From assembly GCA_964551605.1 (NCBI GenBank), contig CAZKCV010000005.1, positions 7,104-71,103 of the forward strand: a DNA stretch of 64,000 nt, written 5' to 3'. The stretch comes from an uncultured Gammaproteobacteria bacterium (GTDB taxonomy: Bacteria; Patescibacteriota; Microgenomatia; Daviesbacterales; UBA10151). The notes under the pieces were generated by a model. It worked only from the letters and a program-made list of their open reading frames with translations. It was not told the origin of the DNA and searched no databases. Positions 48,121-55,528 of this stretch are shown in pieces (positions within the stretch are counted from its first letter, which is position 1; each line of letters starts with the position of its first letter). The translations under genes were made by a program, and so were the position numbers.

Positions 48121-48135
48121 CACACACACACACAC
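48121..48135. repeat. (CA)7 dinucleotide microsatellite between the divergent RT and avd starts
   Basis: ccacacacacacacact read directly, 15-29 nt upstream of the RT ATG on the minus strand. On the plus strand it lies in the avd frame just upstream of the conserved Avd N-terminal helix. Confidence 0.9.
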
Positions 48136-48194
48136 TGGCTAAATCTAGCCTTGATATCCCGATTTTTGCTAAACTTTATGATTTTTACAAAAAT

Positions 48195-48485
48195 TTGAGT
48201 CAATTTCTGGCATCTTTTCCAAAAAACAAACGTTATACTTTAGGTCAAAAAATAGACCAAATCACTATAGATATTATTGAGCTGACTATTACGGCGGGAT
48301 ACTTACCCAGAGAGCAAAAACTACCAATTCTGCAAAAAATCAGTACCAAGCTTGACCTTTTAAAAATACTTTTAAGAATAGCCTGGGAAACAAAAAGCTT
48401 CAATAATAATAGGTACCAACTCCTAACCTCCCAGCTAATTGAAATAGGCAAAATGCTGGGAGGCTGGATTAAAATTTTTAGGTAA
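48195..48485 (+). CDS. avd: DGR accessory variability determinant (Avd; four-helix-bundle / IVS-like protein). Homology extends ~20 codons further upstream, to a possible CTG start at 48135
   Basis: ...FPKNKRYTLGQKIDQITIDIIELTITAGY... and C-terminal LLTSQLIEIGKMLGGWIKIF match the Avd/four-helix-bundle family. The upstream in-frame translation LAKSSLDIPIFAKLYDFYKN matches Avd helix 1 but has no ATG/GTG/TTG start. Confidence 0.65.
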   Translation: MSQFLASFPKNKRYTLGQKIDQITIDIIELTITAGYLPREQKLPILQKISTKLDLLKILLRIAWETKSFNNNRYQLLTSQLIEIGKMLGGWIKIFR

Positions 48486-48494
48486 CGGATGCTT

Positions 48495-48607
48495 CCAGAG
48501 GACGAAACGCAATATTGTCATTGTGGTTATCAGTCCAATTGTAGTTTACGTTACTCAAGCCACCATTGTCAGAATTCCCGCCAATGAGACGGTTATCGAC
48601 CCCGAAT
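48495..48607 (-). repeat. DGR template repeat (TR), 113 bp; sense strand (the adenine-bearing strand) is the minus strand
   Basis: It aligns with 48951-49063 without gaps. Of 23 mismatches, 22 are at TR positions that are A on the minus strand; the remaining one is C versus T. The TR frame reads FGVDNRLIGGNSDNGGLSNVNYNWTDNHNDNIAFRPL with 9 AAY codons. Confidence 0.9.
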
Positions 48608-48909
48608 ATAGTACCCAAATCCGCAACTTAACTCCACTGTGGCTTCATAACAAACTGTCGCCACTGTATTTTATCCCTCCGCCGGTAGGCGGAGCAAAGA
48701 TTCAGGCACGTAGCTTCCTTTTCCTAATTTTACCTGAGCATCACTCCCTTAATCTCCTTGAAGATTAAAGCTCTGGATACTTGATCCGGCAAAAAACAAG
48801 GTGATCCTAAACCGTAATCTAGAATTCATGAACCTTATCGAAGGAATTGTAAAAAAATAATCCCAAGTTTTCAAGAACTAAAAATTCAAGGGTTTTTCCA
48901 AGAAAAAAG

Positions 48910-49680
48910 TTACCAGGTTACCAAGCTTTGAGGCTGGGAAAGGAAAACTACCAGAGGACGAAACGCAAGACCGTCACAGTGGTGACCAGTCCAATCGTAG
49001 AGTACGTGACTCAAGCCACCACTGCCAGAACCCCCGCCAATGAAACGGTGAGCGACCCCGAACTTATCATCAAACCCCTCCCAAGTAGGATCTTCTCCTA
49101 AATACTGATAACGGAGATTTCCTGCAAAGTTAAACTCCGCAGCTTTCGGCCTTCTTATTGCCACCAGACCGGAAGCTATATGATCAACTAAACGTAGTGG
49201 TTTTGCTAATTCCGGGAATACATGGCTATCCTGTTCATCCATTGATACACCAAAACGGGAAGTTCTCGATCTGGTGCAACTAGGATCTTTAATTTTATCC
49301 AGACCTCTACCCGTTGCCAGAATTATACCGAACTCCTTATCTCCGGCAAATTCAGGTCTTCTGCTGTCATCAAATAAAGTCCAATAAGCTCCAATTTTAG
49401 CTGCATCAGGACTAATATTCGGCTTTCTGCCTGTCATCCATTCAAAAAACAGCGGATTTAATTTTTTCCAGCCGGGAGGTGTGGGTGAATCCAATCTGGT
49501 TTCTCCTAAAGGAAAATGGAAGGGTTTAAAGAAACCATACCCTTCACCTTCGGCTACTTTTTGCGATTCTAAAAACAACTTCGTGGGTACTGCAACGGGT
49601 ACATCAACTACTCCCAGCTTCTTTCTGTATTCTTCTTTAGCTTGTTCCACTAATTGGGGTGCACTAAGAAATTCTGACAT
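48910..49680 (-). CDS. DGR target (variable) protein with a C-terminal C-type-lectin/FGE-like fold carrying the VR; no signal peptide evident
   Basis: 256 aa. The C-terminus FGVAHRFIGGGSGSGGLSHVLYDWTGHHCDGLAFRPLVV is encoded by the VR, and every VR-specific residue sits at a TR AAY/GAY/ATT codon. Confidence 0.8.
   Translation of the reverse strand: MSEFLSAPQLVEQAKEEYRKKLGVVDVPVAVPTKLFLESQKVAEGEGYGFFKPFHFPLGETRLDSPTPPGWKKLNPLFFEWMTGRKPNISPDAAKIGAYWTLFDDSRRPEFAGDKEFGIILATGRGLDKIKDPSCTRSRTSRFGVSMDEQDSHVFPELAKPLRLVDHIASGLVAIRRPKAAEFNFAGNLRYQYLGEDPTWEGFDDKFGVAHRFIGGGSGSGGLSHVLYDWTGHHCDGLAFRPLVVFLSQPQSLVTW
48951..49063 (-). repeat. DGR variable repeat (VR) at the 3' end of the target gene
   Basis: See the TR entry. 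The 3'-end (IMH-side) identity ends exactly at ...CGTTTCGTCCTCTGG. Confidence 0.9.
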
Positions 49681-49701
49681 ATAGCTGCTTATAATATCAT
49701 C

Positions 49702-51402
49702 CTATGAGATATTTGTCAATAGTTTTAAAAGTTCGGCTTTGGAAATAACCCCAATTTTTCTGCCCACTTCTTTCCCGTCTTTTAGGACAATGTAGGTTGG
49801 GATGCTCATCACTCCATGCTCACTGGCTTTAGCTTGATTATCATCAACATTAATTTTTTCTATTTCCACCTTACCAGCCAGCTCTTTTTCCAATTCTTCA
49901 ATCACAGGCTCCATTACTTTACAGGGCCCACAATTATGAGAGACCATCCCATTAGTTATAACGGTATGAGGGTCGCCGACTGTAATACCTATTACATCAC
50001 GACTATCTGCTTCTTCAATTGATAAGACTCTTTCCCACAATAAGTTTCCTTGTTGACGCTGTTCCAACCATTTTATAAATAAAGCCTCACCGCCTTTAGC
50101 AGGATACACTACTTGAGTATCTCTATTTGCATAATTCCAGCTAACTATTGTGCCAACTGGGATTTGCAAACTCTCAGCAATTTGGTTACTGCTGACTCCT
50201 AAGGCTAACTGCTGAAGAGCAATTTGCTTTGCTTGAATATAACGATTACGTTCAAAAAGTCTGTACTGTAAAAACTCCCTGATAAAAGGAATGCTAACAT
50301 TCTTTGATCTAGCATAAGCGTAGCCAATACTAGCTAAGTTAAATAGCGATTGATAGTCAGTAGCTACTCTGAGTGAAATAATTACCCCGTCTTCATCATC
50401 ACTGCTTGATATATCCCTTACTTCAACTCCCAATTGTTCAAGTAATAATCCCAGTTGTTTCGCGTAAAGAATTCCCTCTCTCTCTAAATATTTTTCTTTA
50501 TGGAATTCAATTGCATTAACAGAAAATCTAGCATCATGAGAACTGCTACCTGCATGTTTCATTTGATAAGCAATTTTGCATCCATCTCCACCCAACCAGC
50601 CACTCAGAAAAGCTTTCTTGACTAAAATATCTCCCTCCATAATCCAATCTGGGATAAAATAAGCCTGGTTCTTTTTTCTGCCTTCTGGACAACCCAAAGC
50701 TTTTAGCAGAAAAAACAATGTTCTATTGAGATTGCGGCAACGTAAAATGTGTATGGTAAATTTTCTCTCACCAATTTGACGATCTTTAACTTGCCTTTTG
50801 ATTTCTAGTTTATCAAAACCTAGAATCTGTAGATCCTCTTTTATAGTCCTGGCATCATCTTCTGTGCCCACAAAGAAATGTGTCTCGTAAATATTGTGTT
50901 TTAAATCCTCATATAGATAACCATCAGTCATCACAAACCCAAGTAGTCTGGCTAAAATGGGTAGCCGTGAATTATTAGCTTTCAGAGGCAACAAACCCAA
51001 TTGAGTAAGTATCTTATCCGCAAAGATATTGCCAACAGAAGTCAGAATTACCTGATCATTATCTGATTCAAAAACTGGATTATCCTGAGCTGGATTAACC
51101 AGAATACTATCACCAATTATTAACTCTCTCAACTTCTTAAAACCTTCTTGAGTTAAGGCTAAATGATTGATATCTCCTATTAATTCTCTACCTGTTTCCA
51201 AAACTATTTTTTTAGAAAGTGCATTTTTAAAAATTCTTATCTTTTGGACTTTTTGAATTGATTGTTTTTTGGTCTTTGGATCAATTGCGACTAATTTTTG
51301 TCCTACCTGAACTTGTAAAGCTTTTATATAACCATTTTCAGTTAAAACCGGAGTTTCCGGATCAATACACCAAGGTGCCCAAAAATCCAAAAGTTTCATC
51401 AT
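49702..51402 (-). CDS. trxA: Thioredoxin interrupted by a 479-aa intein (precursor 566 aa; mature Trx ~87 aa)
   Basis: N-extein MMKLLDFWAPW plus C-extein CGPCKVMEP...IPTYIVLKDGKEVGRKIGVISKAELLKLL reconstitute a canonical thioredoxin (DFWAPWCGPCK). The insert begins with C and ends ...VSHN before the +1 Cys. Confidence 0.85.
   Translation of the reverse strand: MMKLLDFWAPWCIDPETPVLTENGYIKALQVQVGQKLVAIDPKTKKQSIQKVQKIRIFKNALSKKIVLETGRELIGDINHLALTQEGFKKLRELIIGDSILVNPAQDNPVFESDNDQVILTSVGNIFADKILTQLGLLPLKANNSRLPILARLLGFVMTDGYLYEDLKHNIYETHFFVGTEDDARTIKEDLQILGFDKLEIKRQVKDRQIGERKFTIHILRCRNLNRTLFFLLKALGCPEGRKKNQAYFIPDWIMEGDILVKKAFLSGWLGGDGCKIAYQMKHAGSSSHDARFSVNAIEFHKEKYLEREGILYAKQLGLLLEQLGVEVRDISSSDDEDGVIISLRVATDYQSLFNLASIGYAYARSKNVSIPFIREFLQYRLFERNRYIQAKQIALQQLALGVSSNQIAESLQIPVGTIVSWNYANRDTQVVYPAKGGEALFIKWLEQRQQGNLLWERVLSIEEADSRDVIGITVGDPHTVITNGMVSHNCGPCKVMEPVIEELEKELAGKVEIEKINVDDNQAKASEHGVMSIPTYIVLKDGKEVGRKIGVISKAELLKLLTNIS
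49933..51369 (-). mobile_element. Intein with LAGLIDADG homing endonuclease domain inserted at the thioredoxin WC|GPC active site
   Basis: Block A CIDPETPVLTENGYIKAL, two dodecapeptide motifs LLGFVMTDGYL and FLSGWLGGDGCK, and terminal block DVIGITVGDPHTVITNGMVSHN followed by Cys+1. Confidence 0.8.
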
Positions 51403-51444
51403 ACAGGACTAAAATAATAACACTATTAAAAATTTTGTAAAGAC

Positions 51445-51468
51445 TTGACAAGTAAAAACTGATATACT
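51445..51468 (+). promoter_or_regulatory. Candidate uvrD promoter: extended -10 TGaTATACT (51460-51468) with an upstream TTGACA at suboptimal 12-nt spacing
   Basis: Sequence reading only. The ATG at 51480 implies a very short leader. Confidence 0.3.
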
Positions 51469-51479
51469 AGAGCCCGTTT

Positions 51480-53486
51480 ATGCCCAACTTCCTCTTAGAT
51501 GACCTAAATCCTATCCAAAAACAAGCTGTCCAAGCCACCGAAGGTCCAGTTCTAATTTTAGCGGGGGCGGGTTCCGGTAAAACTAAAGTCTTAACCCACC
51601 GGGTGGCTTATTTAATCCAAGATAAAGGTATACCGCCGGAAAATATCCTATGTCTGACTTTCACCAATAAAGCTGCTGGTGAAATGATGGACCGGATTAG
51701 GAAACTTCTCCAAACTACCAACTACCAACTACCAACTACTCCCATCATGGGCACATTCCATAGCTTTTGCGCCAGGATCCTGCGCCGTGAGGGTCGGACC
51801 CTGGGACTCCCACCGGGATTTGCCATCTATGACGAAGGTGACACGCTGGACGCAGTAAAAGAAGCCATGGGCAATTTAAACATCCCCACCCAAAAAACTT
51901 CCCCCCACTCTGTCCGGACTACCATTTCCGGCGCTAAAAATGAACTCATCTCTTCCCTGGAATACCCCCAATATGCCAGGGGTTACTTTCAGGAAACGGT
52001 CGCCAAGATTTACCTGGAATACCAGAAAATTCTAGAGCGTAATCACGCCCTGGACTTTGATGACCTACTACTGTATGTCATTAGGTTATTCCAGGCCGAA
52101 CCCGCTATTTTAACCCGCTACCAAATTCAATTCAAATACATCTTAATTGACGAATACCAGGACACCAACCCGGCTCAATATCTAATCAGTAAGTATTTAG
52201 CCAACCGCCACAAAAACATCTGCGTGGTGGGAGATGCCAGCCAATCAATTTATTCCTTCCGGGGAGCTGATTTCCGCAATATTGTGAATTTTCAAAAAGA
52301 CTACCCGAATACTAAAGTCTTTAATCTTGAGCAAAATTACCGTTCTACTCAAAATATTCTGGATGCGGCCTTTGCAGTCATTTCCAAAAATAAATCCCAT
52401 CCAATCTTAAAGCTTTGGACTGATAACGATAGCGGAGAGAAAATTGAAGTGGTGGAAGTGAGAAATGAGATTGAGGAAACCTTATTTATCCTAAATACCA
52501 TCGCTCACCTCCGAGGTGAGCTTAAGACGACACCAGGATCACACCTCGGAGGTGTAACAAAATTATCTGATTTTGCCATCCTTTACAGAACCAATGCCCA
52601 ATCCAGATCTTTAGAAGAACAATTTCTAAAAGCCGGCATTCCATATCAACTAGTCGGCGGGGTCAGTTTCTATGCCAGAAAGGAAATTAAAGATGTTTTA
52701 GCTTATCTTCGCTTACTGCAAAACCCCAAAGATTCCGTATCCTTAAAACGGGCAGAGAAAATCGGTAAAGGAAGGCTCACCAAAATCATGGAACTCCAAA
52801 ACGTCATTGCGAGCGAAGCGAAGCAATCTGGCCCAGATAATAACCCCACCCAGATTGCTTCGTCGCCCCGTACCGTACGGTACGGGGCTCCTCGCAATGA
52901 CGACTTGTCTTGCACTACCCTTGAACTTCTGGACAAGATCCTAGAGGTAGCAGGTTATTTGACTTACCTGGACGATAGTACCGAAGAAGGAAAAATCCGG
53001 ATAGAAAACGTCAAAGAGCTACGCTCTGTAGCAGAAGAATTTCCTGATCTAACTAACTTTTTAGAAAACGTTGCTTTAATGGAAGCTTCCGATACACCGA
53101 AACACCGAAACACTGAAACGCTGAAAAAAGATGCCGTTACCTTAATGACCTTGCATTCCGCCAAAGGCTTAGAGTTTCCGGTCATTTTTATGGTTGGCAT
53201 GGAAGAAGGTCTATTCCCCCATTCAAGGTCTATGTTAGATCTTCATGAACTGGAAGAAGAAAGAAGACTTTGTTATGTTGGCATTACTAGGGCTAAAGAA
53301 AAATTGTACTTAACTTATACCAAGCAAAGGTTATATTTTGGCCAAAGAAGCAATAATTTAGTATCCAGATTTTTAGGAGATATCCCTCAGGATTTAATTT
53401 TAAGCAATACCAATTTTCGGGATCAGGATAGCTTTTTAGATGATGTTACTAGTAATATCAATGAGGACGATTGGCTAAAGATTTGA
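51480..53486 (+). CDS. uvrD: ATP-dependent DNA helicase UvrD/PcrA family, carrying several in-frame repeat insertions
   Basis: Walker A AGAGSGKTKVLTHRVAYLI, motifs TFTNKAAGEM, GTFHSFC, DEYQDTNPAQY, VGDASQSIYSFRGAD, TLHSAKGLEFPVIF, and VGITRAKEKLYLTY. Confidence 0.85.
   Translation: MPNFLLDDLNPIQKQAVQATEGPVLILAGAGSGKTKVLTHRVAYLIQDKGIPPENILCLTFTNKAAGEMMDRIRKLLQTTNYQLPTTPIMGTFHSFCARILRREGRTLGLPPGFAIYDEGDTLDAVKEAMGNLNIPTQKTSPHSVRTTISGAKNELISSLEYPQYARGYFQETVAKIYLEYQKILERNHALDFDDLLLYVIRLFQAEPAILTRYQIQFKYILIDEYQDTNPAQYLISKYLANRHKNICVVGDASQSIYSFRGADFRNIVNFQKDYPNTKVFNLEQNYRSTQNILDAAFAVISKNKSHPILKLWTDNDSGEKIEVVEVRNEIEETLFILNTIAHLRGELKTTPGSHLGGVTKLSDFAILYRTNAQSRSLEEQFLKAGIPYQLVGGVSFYARKEIKDVLAYLRLLQNPKDSVSLKRAEKIGKGRLTKIMELQNVIASEAKQSGPDNNPTQIASSPRTVRYGAPRNDDLSCTTLELLDKILEVAGYLTYLDDSTEEGKIRIENVKELRSVAEEFPDLTNFLENVALMEASDTPKHRNTETLKKDAVTLMTLHSAKGLEFPVIFMVGMEEGLFPHSRSMLDLHELEEERRLCYVGITRAKEKLYLTYTKQRLYFGQRSNNLVSRFLGDIPQDLILSNTNFRDQDSFLDDVTSNINEDDWLKI
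51713..51740. repeat. Heptanucleotide tandem repeat (AACTACC) x3 perfect + 1 imperfect, in frame within uvrD (encodes TTNYQLPTTP between helicase motifs Ia and II)
   Basis: aactaccaactaccaactaccaactact read directly. Related CTACCA-type heptads occur in the FemAB-like gene (59408-59476) and sbcD (62894-62914). Confidence 0.85.
52503..52557. repeat. Two CACCTC-N-GAGGTG palindromes (GCTCACCTC-C-GAGGTGAGC and ACACCTC-G-GAGGTGT) in frame within uvrD; same core as the 14862/25424 repeat
   Basis: Direct reading. They encode HLRGELKTTPGSHLGGVTKL, a segment absent from typical UvrD alignments at this position. Confidence 0.7.
52803..52901. repeat. 99-bp in-frame palindromic (MITE-like) element in uvrD, with perfect 11-bp TIRs GTCATTGCGAG / CTCGCAATGAC, an internal 13-bp inverted repeat and a 22-bp perfect palindrome
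   Basis: gtcattgcgagcgaagcgaagcaatctgg...ccagattgcttcgtcgCCCCGTACCGTACGGTACGGGGctcctcgcaatgac. It is exactly 33 codons (VIASEAKQSGPDNNPTQIASSPRTVRYGAPRNDD) and belongs to the GTCATYC family. Confidence 0.85.
53098..53127. repeat. Octamer-like tandem repeat ACCGAAAC/ACCGAAAC/ACTGAAAC/GCTGAAAA in frame within uvrD
   Basis: accgaaacaccgaaacactgaaacgctgaaaa encodes TPKHRNTETLKK just before the conserved motif V region. Confidence 0.6.
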
Positions 53487-53487
53487 T

Positions 53488-54234
53488 ATGGAACGCTACT
53501 TAGGCGCCCTTTTAATCATTGTGCTGGCCATATTTGCCAAAAGCTTTTGGCAGCCACCGGCTATTTTAGGCACCTCCACTCCTCCACTTACCGAAACTCT
53601 ACCGGTTAACCAACCTGTCACTACTGAATCCTCTTTTACGGAAAAGTTACAGGAAGAAGTTGAAGTCCTCGCTAAAAAAGTTATCTATGAAGATGACCCG
53701 GAAACAGAAGCCGGGGAAGAAAAAGTTCTGGAAGAAGGAGAGGATGGCAAAAAAACTAAGATATTTAAAATCACATACTCAAAACAAGACACAGACACCC
53801 CGGGGGTAGGCTTTGATTCCCCCGGGGTGAAACAGGGTGGAGAATATTCCAGAGAGTTAGTCTCTGTAGAAACTACTCCGGCTAAAGATAAAAAGGTCTT
53901 GCGCGGTACCAAAATTGTTTGGAAGACATTGGATACACCTGATGGGGAAATTAAATACTGGAAAAGAATGCGGGTTTATGCTACCCATTATGATTCCCGT
54001 TGCCCTGGTTGTAATGAATGGACCGCCATTGGCATGCGGGCTGGCAAAGGAGTCATTGCCGTTGATCCAACAGTCGTTAAACTTCGCTCTCAAGTTTATG
54101 TCCCGGGATATGGCATAGCTGTAGCCGGGGATACCGGCGGAGCTATTAAAGGAAATATTATTGATCTAGGCTTTGACGACGCCAAAACAGCCGGTTGGAG
54201 TGCTCGCTTCACGGATATCTACATAATTAACTAG
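53488..54234 (+). CDS. 3D-domain protein (YabE/YuiC/MltA-3D-like putative cell-wall lytic protein), membrane anchored
   Basis: N-terminal TM and a C-terminal 3D domain with conserved Asp residues (YVPGYGIAVAGDTGGAIKGNIIDLGFDD...). It is coupled to the uvrD stop. Confidence 0.65.
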   Translation: MERYLGALLIIVLAIFAKSFWQPPAILGTSTPPLTETLPVNQPVTTESSFTEKLQEEVEVLAKKVIYEDDPETEAGEEKVLEEGEDGKKTKIFKITYSKQDTDTPGVGFDSPGVKQGGEYSRELVSVETTPAKDKKVLRGTKIVWKTLDTPDGEIKYWKRMRVYATHYDSRCPGCNEWTAIGMRAGKGVIAVDPTVVKLRSQVYVPGYGIAVAGDTGGAIKGNIIDLGFDDAKTAGWSARFTDIYIIN

Positions 54235-54350
54235 CGAGCACGGAAACACTGAGTGTAATCGAAGTGTTGGAGTGCAAGATTTGTAGATATTTACCTAATA
54301 AATTAGTATTATCCTAATTCATAAGTCAGCTCAGACTTCTAGCAATTTAA

Positions 54351-55289
54351 TCATTTGATCTTCAGAGTATTCGCAACTTTAAGAAACAGTTCTTTGTTTG
54401 CATCTCTCACTCCGTCTGATGCAGTTGTCATAACCAATTGATAATTTCTATTGTTATATTTAGTAGTCAACACCAAATCATTTGCTTCATATTTGTACAC
54501 CTGCAGGGTCGCATTTTGCCCTATCCATTGTGTTTGTGTTGTAGAGATTAAACCCTGGTTACCTGTAAATGGTATCTCTTCGATAAACAATCTAACTACA
54601 TAACCTTTCTCCGAGGATCCTGGCTCATTCATAATATAATCCGAGCTCTCAAAGGTAATATCACCTCTGCTTAAATCTATTATCCATGAAGAAGGATAAG
54701 ATATCGAAAGTTTAGTATTTGTATATGTTTTCCAATTTTCAATAGGAGCTGTAAATTTTGCAAATCTGATGTCAATTTTATTTAGTGGCTTATCTGGATC
54801 TTCATCATAATAAACATCCATCTGAAAAGAGCGCGGGTCTCCTTCTTTGTAAATACCCGCATAGCAAATCGCTGGTGCAGGACATCCTCCGCCGCCTCCA
54901 ACTTTCCATCCCTGCTTAGATTCGTCATTTTCATACCAGTTAACTATTTTATCCTTATCGGTATCGGTATCCTTATCGGTATTTGTTACTTGAAATGTGT
55001 AGGTGATAGCCGGTTGGCAAGTTTCTGGTATCTGGCTTGGGCAGACTTTCTCAAGTTTTTTTCCAATAAAAACTGCACCCGGATAAATAGGTATTCCGGC
55101 AATCTCGGTAGGTATTGTTTTGTCGGTTGAAGAAATTATTGGGGGCTTTTTATTCTCATTATTCGTTGATTGTTTTCCCAGGTGAAGAAAATCTTCTTTG
55201 CCCTGCAAATAAAAAGCCCCAGCAGCCACAACTGCCAAAATAACAACCCCTAAAATAATAAGTTGTACAAAGCCTTTTTGTCTATTCAT
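54351..55289 (-). CDS. Paralogous N-terminally anchored secreted protein (WKTYTN family), 312 aa
   Basis: MNRQKGF + TM, ENWKTYTNTKLSISYPSSW block and C-terminal VANTLKIK. See 20616-21197. Confidence 0.5.
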   Translation of the reverse strand: MNRQKGFVQLIILGVVILAVVAAGAFYLQGKEDFLHLGKQSTNNENKKPPIISSTDKTIPTEIAGIPIYPGAVFIGKKLEKVCPSQIPETCQPAITYTFQVTNTDKDTDTDKDKIVNWYENDESKQGWKVGGGGGCPAPAICYAGIYKEGDPRSFQMDVYYDEDPDKPLNKIDIRFAKFTAPIENWKTYTNTKLSISYPSSWIIDLSRGDITFESSDYIMNEPGSSEKGYVVRLFIEEIPFTGNQGLISTTQTQWIGQNATLQVYKYEANDLVLTTKYNNRNYQLVMTTASDGVRDANKELFLKVANTLKIK

Positions 55290-55528
55290 TTAATTCTGTG
55301 AGCTACTGAAACTGGAGTCGACCAAAGTTCTCGCTGGATTTTCTTTGGAATGGCTTTGCCTAAATCTTTTATGAATTTACTGGCTTTAAAGATGTCAATC
55401 ATCACCGGCTCTCTATCTATGGATACACTAACAATATTACCCTCTTTGGTTTCATAAGAATCATCGATTTTTTTGTCAGAAAGGACAATCATTAAAATAT
55501 CTTCGTCACTGTCATAGCGTACTTTCAT
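55286..55528 (-). CDS. DUF2283-like small protein (putative antitoxin of a DUF4258/DUF2283 pair, BrnA-like position)
   Basis: 80 aa, MKVRYDSDEDILMIVLSDKKIDDSYE..., the N-terminal pattern of DUF2283. It overlaps the upstream DUF4258 gene by 17 nt. Confidence 0.45.
   Translation of the reverse strand: MKVRYDSDEDILMIVLSDKKIDDSYETKEGNIVSVSIDREPVMIDIFKASKFIKDLGKAIPKKIQRELWSTPVSVAHRIK

Noticed and set aside
48523-48768. 81-aa plus-strand ORF overlapping the DGR template repeat
   Set aside because: The region is the TR. The ORF has no motif support and starts inside the repeat.
51480-53486. uvrD as a pseudogene because of its repeat content
   Set aside because: All four repeat blocks are multiples of 3 nt and the frame is intact through every conserved helicase motif (I-VI).
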